Assembly (NCBI GenBank): GCA_963663805.2
Contig: CAXXMR010000020.1
Span: 192,001 to 256,000 of the forward strand
Direction: 5' to 3'
Length of the DNA: 64,000 bases
Source: Sedimentisphaerales bacterium
Lineage (GTDB): Bacteria; Planctomycetota; Phycisphaerae; Sedimentisphaerales; SM23-30
Made by a program: the position numbers and the translations under genes. The notes beneath the pieces are model-generated. The model saw only the letters and a program-made list of their open reading frames with translations. It did no database searches and was not told where the DNA came from. This document shows positions 43,446 to 54,647 of this stretch, in pieces; positions within the stretch are counted from its first letter, which is position 1; every line of letters begins with the position of its first letter.

Positions 43446-44929
43446 GCTACCTCCCCGGCCAACTGGTTATAAACATCGAGATTGCGTTTGCCATCGCCTT
43501 GGTTTACCAGGACTTGATTGCCGGCAAGGTTCAATTGTGAGCCGTTACGTAAAAAGCTTTCCACCGCTTCATCGCTGAACGCCCGGCACTTGACACAAAC
43601 ACCAACGGCATGTTCAACTTCTTTTTGCGGATGCCTGATAAAGAGCAGCAGGATGTTGATGTATTTACCGGTCCCTTCACTGCCGTATCGATATTCAAGC
43701 TCTGTTCGCATCAAGGTGAAATCTTCGCCCCAGGGCTGGCCCTTGAATGGCCGAGCATTATCCAGCGAACCGGGCTTACGCTCTAAAAGTTTGATATAAT
43801 GCAGCGGATCCAGGATATACTGGTCTTTATCGTAACATCTGGAATGCGAGGCAACCAGCTCATTTTTATAGAACAGGTCAACCCGGTCAACGAATACCTT
43901 GACCTGGCAAGATTGATAGGCATACTCCGTCGGCACCGAATACCGGTTAGTATCAACCCGTACTGTAAGCTGTTTGTCCGCAAAGGTGGATATTCGACGA
44001 CAGGCTTCAAACTTCTGCTCAGGCAGTTCGTATAAATGTGTTTTCTCTTCTGCAAATAAATCGCCAATGGTTTTATTCGTATGAGGTGCAGGGCCCTGGC
44101 GATCCAGTTCTTTGATACACTGAGCAATCAGCATCTCATTCAGCTGAGCCATATCGGTAACTCTCGGAACCGGAGAGAAGAACTGCCTTTCACTTCGCTT
44201 GGCGAGATTCTCGACATCGCCTTTTTCATTACCTTTAGCGACATTGCAAAAACGAGTGTCAAACAAATACCAACTCTTAAGCTCTACGAATTTGCGGTTG
44301 AGCCGACGCTTGCCTTTTTTGAGAACCTTTAGAACCGCAGTTTTTAAATTGTCGTAAGCAATGCGTTTGGGCACGCCGCCGAAATATTCAAACGCCCGGA
44401 CATGGCCGTCAAGAAAACATTCGATCTTCATGCTCTCGTAAGCACAAACAAAAGGAGCCTTAGAACAGCACAGCTTCATGCAAAAAACGTAGACCTTCTT
44501 CTCCCTGCCGTTTTCTTTAATGTTAGCTTCATGCCAGTCAACTTGGGCTTCTTCGCCAAACTCAAACGCTAACGGCAGGTAAGCTTCTTTTTGGCGATTA
44601 CTCGCCTCCTTGATATACCGCTGGACAGTGCTGTAATGGCCGGTGAAACCATACTCGTCACAAAGCCGCTGATACATTTTGGTCGCCTGCATCCGCTGCT
44701 TACGCCGAACCTTTTTGTCAGATTCCAGCCAGGTGTCAATAATGTGCGCGAAGGGATCCATGACAGCCTTGACCCGCGGCTGACTGAGCCGATAGCCCGG
44801 CGGAATCGGATTTTTCAGGGCCTTGGCCACCGTGTTACGCGAATGCCCCAGCTCCAGGGCAACCTCACGTTGCGATATCCCATCACGAACTTTACGTCTG
44901 ATAATCTCATAATGCTCCACTGTAAGCAC
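43442..44929 (-). CDS. istA: IstA transposase
   Basis: EAQVDW, FGGVP..YDNLK, EKGDVE, NRYSVP. Confidence 0.95.
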   Translation of the reverse strand: MLTVEHYEIIRRKVRDGISQREVALELGHSRNTVAKALKNPIPPGYRLSQPRVKAVMDPFAHIIDTWLESDKKVRRKQRMQATKMYQRLCDEYGFTGHYSTVQRYIKEASNRQKEAYLPLAFEFGEEAQVDWHEANIKENGREKKVYVFCMKLCCSKAPFVCAYESMKIECFLDGHVRAFEYFGGVPKRIAYDNLKTAVLKVLKKGKRRLNRKFVELKSWYLFDTRFCNVAKGNEKGDVENLAKRSERQFFSPVPRVTDMAQLNEMLIAQCIKELDRQGPAPHTNKTIGDLFAEEKTHLYELPEQKFEACRRISTFADKQLTVRVDTNRYSVPTEYAYQSCQVKVFVDRVDLFYKNELVASHSRCYDKDQYILDPLHYIKLLERKPGSLDNARPFKGQPWGEDFTLMRTELEYRYGSEGTGKYINILLLFIRHPQKEVEHAVGVCVKCRAFSDEAVESFLRNGSQLNLAGNQVLVNQGDGKRNLDVYNQLAGEVA

Positions 44930-45065
44930 CTTTCTAAGCCTCCTGTGTCTAAAATGTTACGTATCTTAAACACATCTTATCGGCCTTTTACAGTGGCTCC
45001 TTTTTCGATGCTTTTTCAGAAGAGAAAACCCGCAAATCTGGCTCCATTTTCAATGCTAATCACCA

Positions 45066-47886
45066 ATATTGATGGCACTTTACAAAAAGTACATTGTTTC
45101 GCGATGAGCCTGCCGTACTCAGATATGTTTTTTGTCAAAGCTTATCCGCGTGAATGTACCGAATCCTTCTGGGATGGTCACGTTAATGCGTTTGAGTTTT
45201 TCGGCGGTGTTCCTAATCGTATCAGCTATGACAACTCCCGGATTGCAATTTGTAAGATTACCGGTTGTCATCAGCGAATTTTAACTAGTCTTCCCGGAAA
45301 AAGTTTTAAGTTCTTATTTTTGCGTATGTTATATGTAAAATGTGTGGTATAATATTGCAGGTAAGCTATGGAATGCCTTTCAGAACCTTGCAATATGGAT
45401 ACAAAAGATGAAGCCCAAAACGACTCCCTCGAATCAATTTGAGCTGTTTCAGGCTCACTTCAAACAGATTCTCAATCTGGACCACGAATTATGCCGTTTG
45501 GCCGACACGATTGATTGGCCGGGTCTGGATGCCCACTTCGCTGATTGTTACAGCGCGGAGATGGGTCGTCCCGGCAATGCGATTCGTTTGATGGTTGGTT
45601 TGCACTATCTCAAGCATGCCTTTGACGAATCTGATGAATCGGTAATTGCCCGTTGGGTTGAGAATCCTTACTGGCAGTACTTCTGCGGTTTTGAATATCT
45701 GCAGCACACTTGTCCAATTCATCCGACCAGCATGGTTAAATGGCGTCAGCGTGTTGGTGCTGACAATCTTGAAAAGCTGTTGGCTGAGACCATCCGTCTG
45801 GCTCTATCGCACAAACAGGTTACTCCTCAGCAGTTGTCTAAAATCACGGTGGATACGACGGTTCAGGAAAAAGCGATTTCCTTTCCGACCGATGCCCGCC
45901 TTTATACCAAGATGCTGTTACGGCTGGTGAATCTTTGCAAACAACGTGGAATTCGATTACGCCAGACCTACATTCGTAAAGCCCCTCAACTCTTAAAGCA
46001 GCAAGGCCGTTACGCCCATGCCAGACAGTTTAAACGTGCTCGACGTTGTACAAAAACATTGCGTACATTATTAGGTCGGGTGGTTCGCGATATTACCCGC
46101 AAGGCGGCTATCATCGATTCTCAACTTCAGGAATTCCTCAACCGTGCCGAAAAACTTTTGGCTCAGCAGCGTAAAAGTAAAAATAAGCTCTACAGTATCG
46201 ATGCTCCGGAAGTTGAATGTATCAGCAAAGGCAAAGCCCATAAACCTTATGAGTTTGGCTGTAAAGTCAGCGTTGCCGCCACCAATGAAAGTAACTGGAT
46301 CGTCGGCGTTCAGGCTTTGCACGGCAATCCTTATGACGGCCATACGCTGGCGAACGCTATTGAACAGGTCGAACGAATTACCGGTAAATCTACCAAAGAA
46401 GCGTTCGTTGATAAGGGCTATCGCGGCCATGGTTATAATGGCGACACTCACATATACATCACCGGCCAACGAGGTCGCGGCCAAGCCGGCCCGGCCCTGC
46501 GAAAACGAAAGAAACGGCGGTCCGCAGTGGAACCAAAGATCGGACATATGAAAAGTGACAACCGAATTGATCGAAACTTCCTGAAAGGCAAAGAGGGCGA
46601 CCGAATCAATGCACTGTTGGCCGGTATCGGAGCCAATATCCGCAAATTACTGGCCGCCTTTTGGCCTGCGCCGACCGAATGGGAATGGATTTACATATTA
46701 AACTGCCGAATATTCCTGGTTTTCAGAAAAAATGAGGCACAAAAATAAGGTCGTAGTCGCTTAAATCGACTTTTTCAGGGGCGACTAACTAAAGGTTTTC
46801 TAGAATTACAAAGCCATTACCTGTTTGTACCTCACTTTTGTACGGTTCGTCGTCCTAACGAAAAAGGTGTAGTTGAGAATATTGTACGTTATGCTCGTAA
46901 TAACTTCATGGTCCCGGTTCCACAAGTCAACAGCTTTGAGCATCTCAATGAACAGTTGTGGGAATCCTGCTGGAATGAGCAGCATCGTACCTTACGTGGC
47001 AAAGGTAAAACCAAGCTGGAGTTATGGCTAGAGGATGGCCAGGCGTTTTTAGCCAAGCCCGCCGTCGCATTTGATTCCTGTTGTAAAAGTACTGTAAACG
47101 CCGGCAGTTTGTCGCTGATAAGATATAAAAGCAATGACTATTCGGTACCGGTTCGCTACGGCCATCATGAACTGATCGTTAAAGCTTATGTCAATACGAT
47201 TGTGATCTGCACAAAATGTGGTGAACAAATAGCCAGACATGATCGTTTATGGTCCAAAGGACAGATCAGCTATAATCCCCGGCATTATCTGCCCTTATTG
47301 AGCGATAAGCCCGGTTCTCTGGATTACGGAGATCCTCTCAAAGATATGAATCTGCCGGAATGTTTTAATATTCTTCGCAAAAAACTTGAGGCCCAACTTC
47401 CAGAGAGACATGAAGGTACTCGAGAATATATCAAAATATTACAGCTTCTGAACAAATATCCATTTAAACGACTTTGTAAGGCCATAGATAAATCTTTACG
47501 ACTTGCCTGTCCGAATGTTGATATTGTCAGCCAGTATTGCCTGGACATTGAACATCCTTCGGCCCTGACATTTAATCTGGCCGGTCGAGAGCATTTAGCC
47601 TCGGTTCAGGTGAATAGTCCTGTGTTAAGTGATTATGATAATTTGAAGGAGGCGGCGATATGAGTGGACAAGCCACAGTTTTATTAGAGCATCATCTGAA
47701 ATTTTTGAAGCTGCCGACGATGAAGAATGAATATGATGTCATAGCCGCACGTTGTGCTAAGGATAACAGCGATTATGCCACTTATTTACTGAGGCTGGCA
47801 GAACGTGAAGTAATCGAACGTCAGCATCGGGCTATGCAGCGGCGGATCAAAGATGCCCGGTTCCCGATCCTCAAGACCATTGACAC
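45066..47886 (+). pseudogene. Internal IS21 remnant: istA (5'-truncated, split by IS5, ends 47663) and istB 5' part (47660-~47886)
   Basis: FGGVPNRISYDN..ILT|KGFLELQSHYLF..EKGVVE; istB stops after RFPILKTID. Confidence 0.85.
45288..46785 (+). mobile_element. IS5-family element; transposase 45342(45408)-46748
   Basis: IRs GTCTTCCCGGAAAAAGT / ACTTTTTCAGGGGCGAC; TAACTA duplicated; VDTTVQEK, GNPYDG, VDKGYRG, AVEPKIGHMK. Confidence 0.93.
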
Positions 47887-48201
47887 TCAGCGGCCTGTCG
47901 CAGGCTTCCAATACAATGGCGGCGGCGTTAATAAGCGACATCGGTTTACATTTGCCGCCAGTTGCGTCAGGTTCGCCCGTGTTGGTAGTTTTTGGGGCGG
48001 TGGTACTTGGGCCGCCTTCGTGGGTTTGGCGACAAGTTCCCGCAAACGCTGGGTACTCTTAATCCTAATGATTTTTTCGGTCTTAAGACTTTTGCCTTCC
48101 CAGCCACCGTTTTCATGCTCACAGATGATTTCTACTTGAGCAAGATTATTGGCGATCTTGACCAGATAGACAGCGTGGACTTCTACTTCATTATTCTTCA
48201 T
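47887..48201 (-). pseudogene. Phage-like protein with frameshifted, truncated HARE-HTH-like C-terminus
   Basis: MKNNEV..YLVKI..GGWEG..IRIKSTQRLR; alternate frame MSLINAAAIVLEACDRPLS. Confidence 0.5.
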
Positions 48202-48204
48202 AGT

Positions 48205-48400
48205 TTAAATTCCTTTCCGGTGAATTTTTCTCGCCATAGCGGAGCCGGCGTTGAAGGCCAGCTCCATAATGGTTTGGATTTCCCAGACAGCCAGGCTGTG
48301 GAAATCTTCATCTTTGTTATGTCTGGTTTCCAAAGTAATGATGTCCAGTTCCTCGCGAACGATACGTTCAAAAAGATGGTTTATTTTTGTAGATTCAATT
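48205..48400 (-). pseudogene. DUF6900-like small protein, no clear start codon
   Basis: IVREELDIITLETRHNKDEDFHSLAVWEIQTIMELAFNAG. Confidence 0.55.
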
Positions 48401-48420
48401 GTGGTTTTGTCCTTTCCGGT

Positions 48421-48693
48421 TCAATCGGCCAACATCTGCAACTTACGCAGGTAATCGTGAATCATGGAGTTAGTACCTTCGTGCCCGTCGAGATGCTTCT
48501 GCATTTTACAGGCCAGGTCCCAGATTTTCTTTTCATCGTTAGCATCACATTTGTATTTCTGTTCACCATCACAGCTAATCAATACCATGCGGACATCTTT
48601 GTCGCTAGGGACGCGGCTGATAGTGGCGAAGGTTTCGGGCAGATGTTGGCCTTTCTTTATAAAACCCGCGAATTTGATTTAGATAATTTCCAT
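48421..48693 (-). pseudogene. Small hypothetical gene with an early in-frame stop
   Basis: MEII*IKFAGF..DGHEGTNSMIHDYLRKLQMLAD*. Confidence 0.45.
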
Positions 48694-48711
48694 TATTGGG
48701 TTTTCTTTCTG

Positions 48712-48981
48712 TTAGCAGTAGCCATTCTCTTTGGCGATGAAGTTATAAAGCCTGTAGGGAACCTGGTCGCAGGCGAGGGTGTCGAGGGTTTGCAGTTTGT
48801 TCCAGGCGGCCTGGAAGTTGTGTTTGCGGGCGTATTTGAGTACGATATTGAGGTTGCGGGTGTCGGCCGCGAACATCTCGGCGAGTTCTGCGTCTTTTTC
48901 CCGTTTGCCCTTGTTTTGCCAGCGGGTGATCATGTTTTCGAATCTGGTCAGGTCTCGTTTGAAAGTTGCGTAGGTCTTCAT
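48712..48981 (-). CDS. Small hypothetical protein, first of a phage-like gene run
   Basis: 89 aa; RBS AAAGGGA; AT-rich upstream region. Confidence 0.6.
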   Translation of the reverse strand: MKTYATFKRDLTRFENMITRWQNKGKREKDAELAEMFAADTRNLNIVLKYARKHNFQAAWNKLQTLDTLACDQVPYRLYNFIAKENGYC

Positions 48982-49381
48982 TGTAATCCCTTTCTATTAA
49001 ATGCTTTACATTCAATTTCCATATTAACATTACAATGCTTTTAGCCCTCAATCCAGTTGATTGAGGCATTAAATTTTGAAAATCTGGATAATTTTGGGCA
49101 CGCCTGATTGGCTTCGGAATAACCCAAAAAAATAACAAAGAAAATCCCCATTAACAGAACGTCCCCTCACCAGCCATCTCGAACACCACTCACCACCCCA
49201 CCGGTGACCAAAACGGTGCTCCCCGGTGCCCATTTTGGTGCCGGATGGCAGGCCACTAGAGATTATGGCTGTCCACCACTGGCAAGACATGCCCACCACG
49301 CACCAGTCTACAACACACACAACTATCTACAAAATAAAAGCTTAGATAAACCAAGACAACCCCCGGCAAATAATGGCAAAA

Positions 49382-49452
49382 AGCGGGCGATGGGAATCGA
49401 ACCCACATAGCCAGCTTGGAAGGCTGGAGCTTTACCATTAAGCTACGCCCGC
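49382..49452 (-). tRNA. tRNA-Gly(TCC), CCA not encoded
   Basis: Acceptor GCGGGCG/CGCCCGC; anticodon arm CCAGC-CTTCCAA-GCTGG; GGTTCGATTCC. Confidence 0.97.
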
Positions 49453-49527
49453 ATGGGAAGTTACCTTATAGCATTGCACCAACGGGCGGTCAAGGTCAAA
49501 AAAGAAAGGACTCATCCAGCCCTGGTC

Positions 49528-50019
49528 CTACCAATTTCCCCGTTTCATGGCCCGTTTCATATCGCGGTCATTCTCCCGGTCCCGTATCTTCTCGCGCTTA
49601 TCACCGTGGCTCTTGCCGCTGGCGACCGCAACTTCAATTTTAGCGATCCCCCGTGTGAAATAAATCTTTGTAGGAACAAGAGTTAACCCCTTCTGGAGCA
49701 CCTTGACCTCGAGTTTTTTTAGTTCCCGCCTATGAATGAGCAATTTACGATTCCGCGTCGGTTCATGGTTCATCATATTGCCGTGTTCATAAAGCTCTAT
49801 CGTACATCCGATAAGGAACAGCTCCCCGTTCTGGATCCGACAATACGCCTCATCCAGAGAAGCCCTGCCGTTACGAAGGCTCTTAACCTCAGTACCCGTC
49901 AAAACCACCCCGGCCTCCAGCTTTTCCAGGAGCTGGTAGTTGAAATGAGCCTTTTTATTCTTAATGGCAGGCGTATGCTTCTGCTCGCCTGGTTTAGTTT
50001 TATCGGACTGCTTACTCAT
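49528..50019 (-). CDS. smpB: SsrA-binding protein
   Basis: NKKAHFNY, EAGVVLTGTEVKSLR, RKLLIHRREL, DKRE. Confidence 0.97.
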   Translation of the reverse strand: MSKQSDKTKPGEQKHTPAIKNKKAHFNYQLLEKLEAGVVLTGTEVKSLRNGRASLDEAYCRIQNGELFLIGCTIELYEHGNMMNHEPTRNRKLLIHRRELKKLEVKVLQKGLTLVPTKIYFTRGIAKIEVAVASGKSHGDKREKIRDRENDRDMKRAMKRGNW

Positions 50020-50241
50020 CCCGCCATATTAGCGAAATACCGTTCATCAGGCAAGCAGACTTTACCTATCTGTGTTTCAGTCCTATAATTAAGTAAAGCT
50101 GGATAGTTTGCGGACAATAGCAAAACAAATGAATATAATGCCTAAGTTTTTTTACAGGAGTGATTTGTCAGACGTGATTTTGCAAGTTATACTTCCCTTG
50201 CGTATAGTGAGAAATTAGGAGAAAGCGAAAGGTTTTTTGTT

Positions 50242-52023
50242 GTGAACCATCCCAAAACAGTAATACATGTCACTCATGAGGCCGCCGGAAAAATCGGCGG
50301 CATAGGCAGCGTTCTGGAAGGCCTGATTAGTGCCCCGGCTTATCGAAAAGGCGTTGAACGCACAATTATTATCGGTCCAATGTTTGAACGCAAATGTTCA
50401 CCTACCGAACGGCTCGGCCCGGAAGGGAAAATCCTCTATTCTTCACTCGACGGAATTGTAGGCCGACAATACAGCACCGCGTTATCAAAAGTAGAGCACA
50501 AATTTGGTGTTTCAATAGTTTACGGCAAAAAACGTTTTGGTGACCATCAGGGCCAAATGACCGGCACCGCCGAAGTCATTCTTATTGATGTCAAGCGAGC
50601 CAACATCCACCCTGTAAACGGCCTGAAATCGTGGCTCTACGAAGAATACGGACTAGCCAGCAATCTGTACGAGAAAGACTGGTTTTTTGAACAATACATG
50701 AGGCTTGCCCCTGCGGCCCTGGCGGCATTACGTGCTGTCAATGCCGCCGACCCTCACGAACCGTCGCTGCTGATTGCCCACGAACACATGGGTGTCCCCA
50801 CCGCATTGGCGGCAATGGTCGAGCCTCTCCAGACGCACAAAACCGCGTTTTACGCCCACGAAACTGCCTCGGTAAGACAAATCGTCGAGAAACATCCTGG
50901 CCACGACACCATGTTCTATACTGCTCTGGACTGGGCCGAAAATAATAATATGTTCATCGAAGACATGTTCGGCTTGCAGGATCATAATTTCAAACATGCT
51001 CTGGTAAGAGCCGCCGCCCGCTGCGATACCATTCTGGCGGTAAGCGACCGCGTGGCCCAGGAACTCAAACGCCTCGACCCGGTGTTTCTAAATACGGATA
51101 TCGAAGTTGTATATAACGGCATACCCGATAAACCGGTTAGCCTCGACGAAAAATTCGCCGCCCGGGAACGTATGCGTCAATACGCCGAAAACCTGCTGGA
51201 TTTCCGCCCGCACCATATTTTCACACACGTTTGCCGTATTGCGCGAAGCAAGGCCCTATGGCGTGACCTGAGCGTACTTCATCATATTGACCATCAGTTT
51301 AACCGTGAAGGGCGCAGCGGAGTATTTTTTCTGCTCGGTACCGACATGCCGCAGCGGCCTGGAGTGGTCATAGAAAAAATGGAATCGGAATGGAACTGGC
51401 CGGTCGAACACCAGACCAAAGTGCCCGACCTTTCCCATGCCGAAGAAGAAATTTACAACCTGACCCGCTTTTTCAATGACAGCCACAGTAACATTAAAGT
51501 CGTGTTTGTCAATCAGTTTGGCTGGTCACAAGAACTTTGCGGCCCAAGAATGCCGGCGGACATGAAACCGGATGATATCCACATAGGAACAGACGCGGAA
51601 TTAGGACTAAGTATTTACGAGCCATTTGGGATTTCGGTGCTGGAACCACTCCGGGCTGGCGGCTTATGCCTCGTAAGCGACGTCTCCGGCTGCCTGGACC
51701 TTTTACACGAAGTTACAGACAATTTCGAACCTAACGTCATCGTCGCAAACTACTCCCATCTGGCCGGCGACATCGGCAATGACCTCGCCGCCATACAGGG
51801 CATTGACCAGGCCCGCAGAGACGGCCTGGAAGCCCACGTAAGCTACCATGCCGCCCAGAAACTTCTGGACCATCTGCCCCGTAGCGAAGCCCAGATGCAG
51901 CAGCTCATTAACAGCGGTGCGAAACTGGCCCATGAAATATCCTGGGAAAAAGTCACCGAACAATACATCCTGCCCGGCATAGATTCAGCCAGCAGCCATC
52001 AACGCAAACTGCGAATCGCATAA
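50242..52023 (+). CDS. Glycogen synthase-like GT-B glycosyltransferase
   Basis: HEAAGKIGGI, IAHEH, SIYEPFGISVLE. Confidence 0.75.
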   Translation: MNHPKTVIHVTHEAAGKIGGIGSVLEGLISAPAYRKGVERTIIIGPMFERKCSPTERLGPEGKILYSSLDGIVGRQYSTALSKVEHKFGVSIVYGKKRFGDHQGQMTGTAEVILIDVKRANIHPVNGLKSWLYEEYGLASNLYEKDWFFEQYMRLAPAALAALRAVNAADPHEPSLLIAHEHMGVPTALAAMVEPLQTHKTAFYAHETASVRQIVEKHPGHDTMFYTALDWAENNNMFIEDMFGLQDHNFKHALVRAAARCDTILAVSDRVAQELKRLDPVFLNTDIEVVYNGIPDKPVSLDEKFAARERMRQYAENLLDFRPHHIFTHVCRIARSKALWRDLSVLHHIDHQFNREGRSGVFFLLGTDMPQRPGVVIEKMESEWNWPVEHQTKVPDLSHAEEEIYNLTRFFNDSHSNIKVVFVNQFGWSQELCGPRMPADMKPDDIHIGTDAELGLSIYEPFGISVLEPLRAGGLCLVSDVSGCLDLLHEVTDNFEPNVIVANYSHLAGDIGNDLAAIQGIDQARRDGLEAHVSYHAAQKLLDHLPRSEAQMQQLINSGAKLAHEISWEKVTEQYILPGIDSASSHQRKLRIA

Positions 52024-52277
52024 CTTAGCAAAACCATAAATGTTAAAATAGCTTCAGTCTTTTACAAATGAAATCTTGCGCAAAATGGCAACAATTTATC
52101 AGAGTCGCGTACGGAGGTAAGTAGTGCCGTTAAAAATCCGTGTAATCCGCGGTTAAATATTTTCGTTGTGGTTTTGAATTTTGAGATTAGAATTTGTATA
52201 AAATTTAGTGTTTATCTGGGTTAGGTATTTTATCGACAGTATACCCAATATACAGAAGTATACAAAGGTATGAGCTA

Positions 52278-52697
52278 ATGGCATTGGTAGAAATCAACTG
52301 GAAACCCGCCGACAAAACCGTACGCGATTTTGGCAATATTTCACCTCTCGCAACCCTGGTATTAGTACTGATACTCCACTTCTGGCGTGATTTACCCCTT
52401 AAAACCTGCTCAATCATATTCGCCGCGGGCATAGCGATATTCCTGATACGCCTTATCTCCCTAACCGCCGCCAAATACATCTTCATCGTTTTTTCAGCCG
52501 TCACAGCCCCAATCGGCATAGTGGTAAGCTTCGTCGTACTGCTGATATTCTATTATCTCATCATAACCCCCGTTGCCCTGTTTTTCAGAATCACAGGGCG
52601 TGACGTACTAACCCGAAAATTCGACCACCAGGTCAAGACTTACTGGCTTCCCCACAAAAAGACCCCAAGTCTCAAACAATATTTCAACCAGTTTTGA
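52278..52697 (+). CDS. SxtJ-family membrane protein
   Basis: VRDFG, TAPIGIVVS, TYW..YFNQF. Confidence 0.8.
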   Translation: MALVEINWKPADKTVRDFGNISPLATLVLVLILHFWRDLPLKTCSIIFAAGIAIFLIRLISLTAAKYIFIVFSAVTAPIGIVVSFVVLLIFYYLIITPVALFFRITGRDVLTRKFDHQVKTYWLPHKKTPSLKQYFNQF

Positions 52698-52710
52698 CAG
52701 GATATTAATA

Positions 52711-52914
52711 ATGACTAAGGACCAGGAAAACAAACAATCTTTCGAAGAGCTTTCCCAGGAAGAACGCACATCATTTTCCGCCGAACTCTGGTTTTTTCTC
52801 AAAAACAACAAGAAATGGTGGCTCCTGCCCATCCTGGTCGTACTGGCCCTACTGACAGGCCTGGCAATCCTCGGCGGTTCCGCCCTGGCACCATTCATAT
52901 ACCCGCTATTCTAA
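52711..52914 (+). CDS. DUF5989/SxtK-like small membrane protein
   Basis: FLKNNKKWWLLPI..APFIYPLF. Confidence 0.85.
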   Translation: MTKDQENKQSFEELSQEERTSFSAELWFFLKNNKKWWLLPILVVLALLTGLAILGGSALAPFIYPLF

Positions 52915-53048
52915 AAACAGCACTCGTGCCGTTTATATGCTCGCTAACCACGCAAGCAACCGGAAAATTAAATAACCTCAGCCCCAGGCTGTATCGAACC
53001 GACACCAATTATTAAAGCATCTGGCGATGTTTCTACTGCGTGGCAGGG

Positions 53049-53759
53049 CTAAGGTGTGGTGTCCAGGCAGACGGCTAGTACTTCGCAGTCTACTCCTTTG
53101 ATGGCTGCTCCGCTGTTGTGGAAGTATATTCCGTGATAGTAGTAATCTGAAAAAGCGACGTGGGTGTGGCCGAAGTAGATGTCTGTGACACCCTGGCTTA
53201 GTTGGGGGTTGTGTTTTTTGAGACCCTGGAGTATTCGGGTGGCGCAGGCCCGGGGCCAGTGGAGGTGGGCGGTGAGGGTGTGGAGTCGCAGTGAGACGGC
53301 GTGGCGGTAGGCGCGGTTGGCGAAGCGGCCTTTCTGGCGGCGGAATTGTTTTAGTTTGCGTTGGAAGGGGTCATTGTTGTGAGGACGCAGAAGCAGGTCG
53401 CCGTGAAAGAACAGGGCGTTGCCGATACGAATGTGAGAGCTGTGCCATTCGAGGTTGGGGATGGTTGGGGTTGATTTGTCGAGGTGGCGGGCGAAGTCGG
53501 CCAGACCGTCATGGTTGCCCATGATATAGAATACGCAGCAGTTGGGGAAACGGCCAGCAAGGTTATCGAGCCATTTCAGGGCGGAATCGATGCTCTGTTC
53601 GAGGTTGTCGAGGGTAGACCAGCGGAAATCAAAAATATCGCCGTTGAGGACCAGGAAGTCGGCGGTTTGAGCGAGATGGTAGACCTTTTCGAGGTATTTG
53701 TCGGCAGAAGAACGTTCGGCCAGGAGGTGCAGGTCGGAGATGACATAACCGTGATTCAT
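53049..53759 (-). CDS. Calcineurin-like metallophosphoesterase (LpxH-like)
   Basis: SDLH, GDIFD, GNHD, HGD, GHTH. Confidence 0.85.
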   Translation of the reverse strand: MNHGYVISDLHLLAERSSADKYLEKVYHLAQTADFLVLNGDIFDFRWSTLDNLEQSIDSALKWLDNLAGRFPNCCVFYIMGNHDGLADFARHLDKSTPTIPNLEWHSSHIRIGNALFFHGDLLLRPHNNDPFQRKLKQFRRQKGRFANRAYRHAVSLRLHTLTAHLHWPRACATRILQGLKKHNPQLSQGVTDIYFGHTHVAFSDYYYHGIYFHNSGAAIKGVDCEVLAVCLDTTP

Positions 53760-54497
53760 TTATTTGCGGGCCTCTATTACTACCGAGGGAGAATCGGGCT
53801 GAAAGGGTTCGAAATCGAGGCTTCCGTGCAGGCTTACCTGAGTGAACCCGTGGTTCATCAGGGCTTTGATAATCTGTTCGGGGCTGTAGGGCCGCATGGG
53901 GGTGGTGTGGAGCTGATGTTGCGGCTGGTCGGTTTGCCAGTCGATACGCAGCAGGTTGAAGTTGATGAGGTTGTCGAGGAAGTCGTAAAAACGTATGTAC
54001 TCTACATTATCGCGGCGATTGACGGCTAAAACTCGTTGGTTTTTTTCTATGAGAGGCGGATAGTTGATGAACTGGATGAGGAGTGGGGCGTGAGGGTTGA
54101 GCAGGGTCCGCAAGGCGGTGAGGGATGCGTTTAGGTCCTGGTCGGTGAGGAGGTAGGGCAGGGAATTTCCCAGGCAGAATATAGCGTCAAATGGGGTGTT
54201 GAGGTGGTCGGTGAGGTTTTGGATGGGGGTCTGGATGAATTTGGGCCGAGGATTGGCCAAAGCGGTGATTTGGCGAGCCTGGTCGAGCATTTTTTCGGAG
54301 ATATCGACTCCTACGGCCTGTATGCCGCGATTGGCCCAGGCGATGGTGTAGCTGCCGGTGCCGCAGGCGGCGTCGAGTATGGTTTTTGGGCGGTATCTTT
54401 GGTAAAATGTTTCCACAAATGAAGATATGCGATTTTTGCGTTCCGGGGCCGAAGTCATTTCGTCGTAGAAGTTGGCGATTTGATTGTAAAAATTCAT
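53760..54497 (-). CDS. Class I SAM-dependent methyltransferase
   Basis: ILDAACGTG, GVDIS, CLGNSL. Confidence 0.9.
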   Translation of the reverse strand: MNFYNQIANFYDEMTSAPERKNRISSFVETFYQRYRPKTILDAACGTGSYTIAWANRGIQAVGVDISEKMLDQARQITALANPRPKFIQTPIQNLTDHLNTPFDAIFCLGNSLPYLLTDQDLNASLTALRTLLNPHAPLLIQFINYPPLIEKNQRVLAVNRRDNVEYIRFYDFLDNLINFNLLRIDWQTDQPQHQLHTTPMRPYSPEQIIKALMNHGFTQVSLHGSLDFEPFQPDSPSVVIEARK

Positions 54498-54647
54498 AGT
54501 ACACCTCCGTTAAGGTTTGGTAGATAATAAGTTAACCGTGTTGGGGGGAAAAGGAAAGATAATTGCTTTTTGGGGTTGGGGCGGTTACATTTTTGGGGTT
54601 ATGGTCTGTAATGTTAAGTTTGATAAGCTGTTAGATGAGGATAGACG

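Larger units (their letters stand above)
42554..45065 (-). mobile_element. Complete IS21-family element
   Basis: Perfect IR TGGTGATTAGCATTGAAAATGGAGCCAGATTTGC at both ends; no TSD. Confidence 0.93.

Noticed and set aside
44591..45352. 253-aa ORF as an independent gene
   Set aside because: Chimera of antisense istA, an IS21 end, an istA remnant and the IS5 end.
47660..48139. 159-aa ORF as a novel IstB fusion
   Set aside because: IstB similarity ends near 47886; the remainder is read-through antisense to a phage-like gene.
47992..49044. 350-aa plus-strand ORF
   Set aside because: Antisense to several small minus-strand genes that have RBSs or recognisable motifs.
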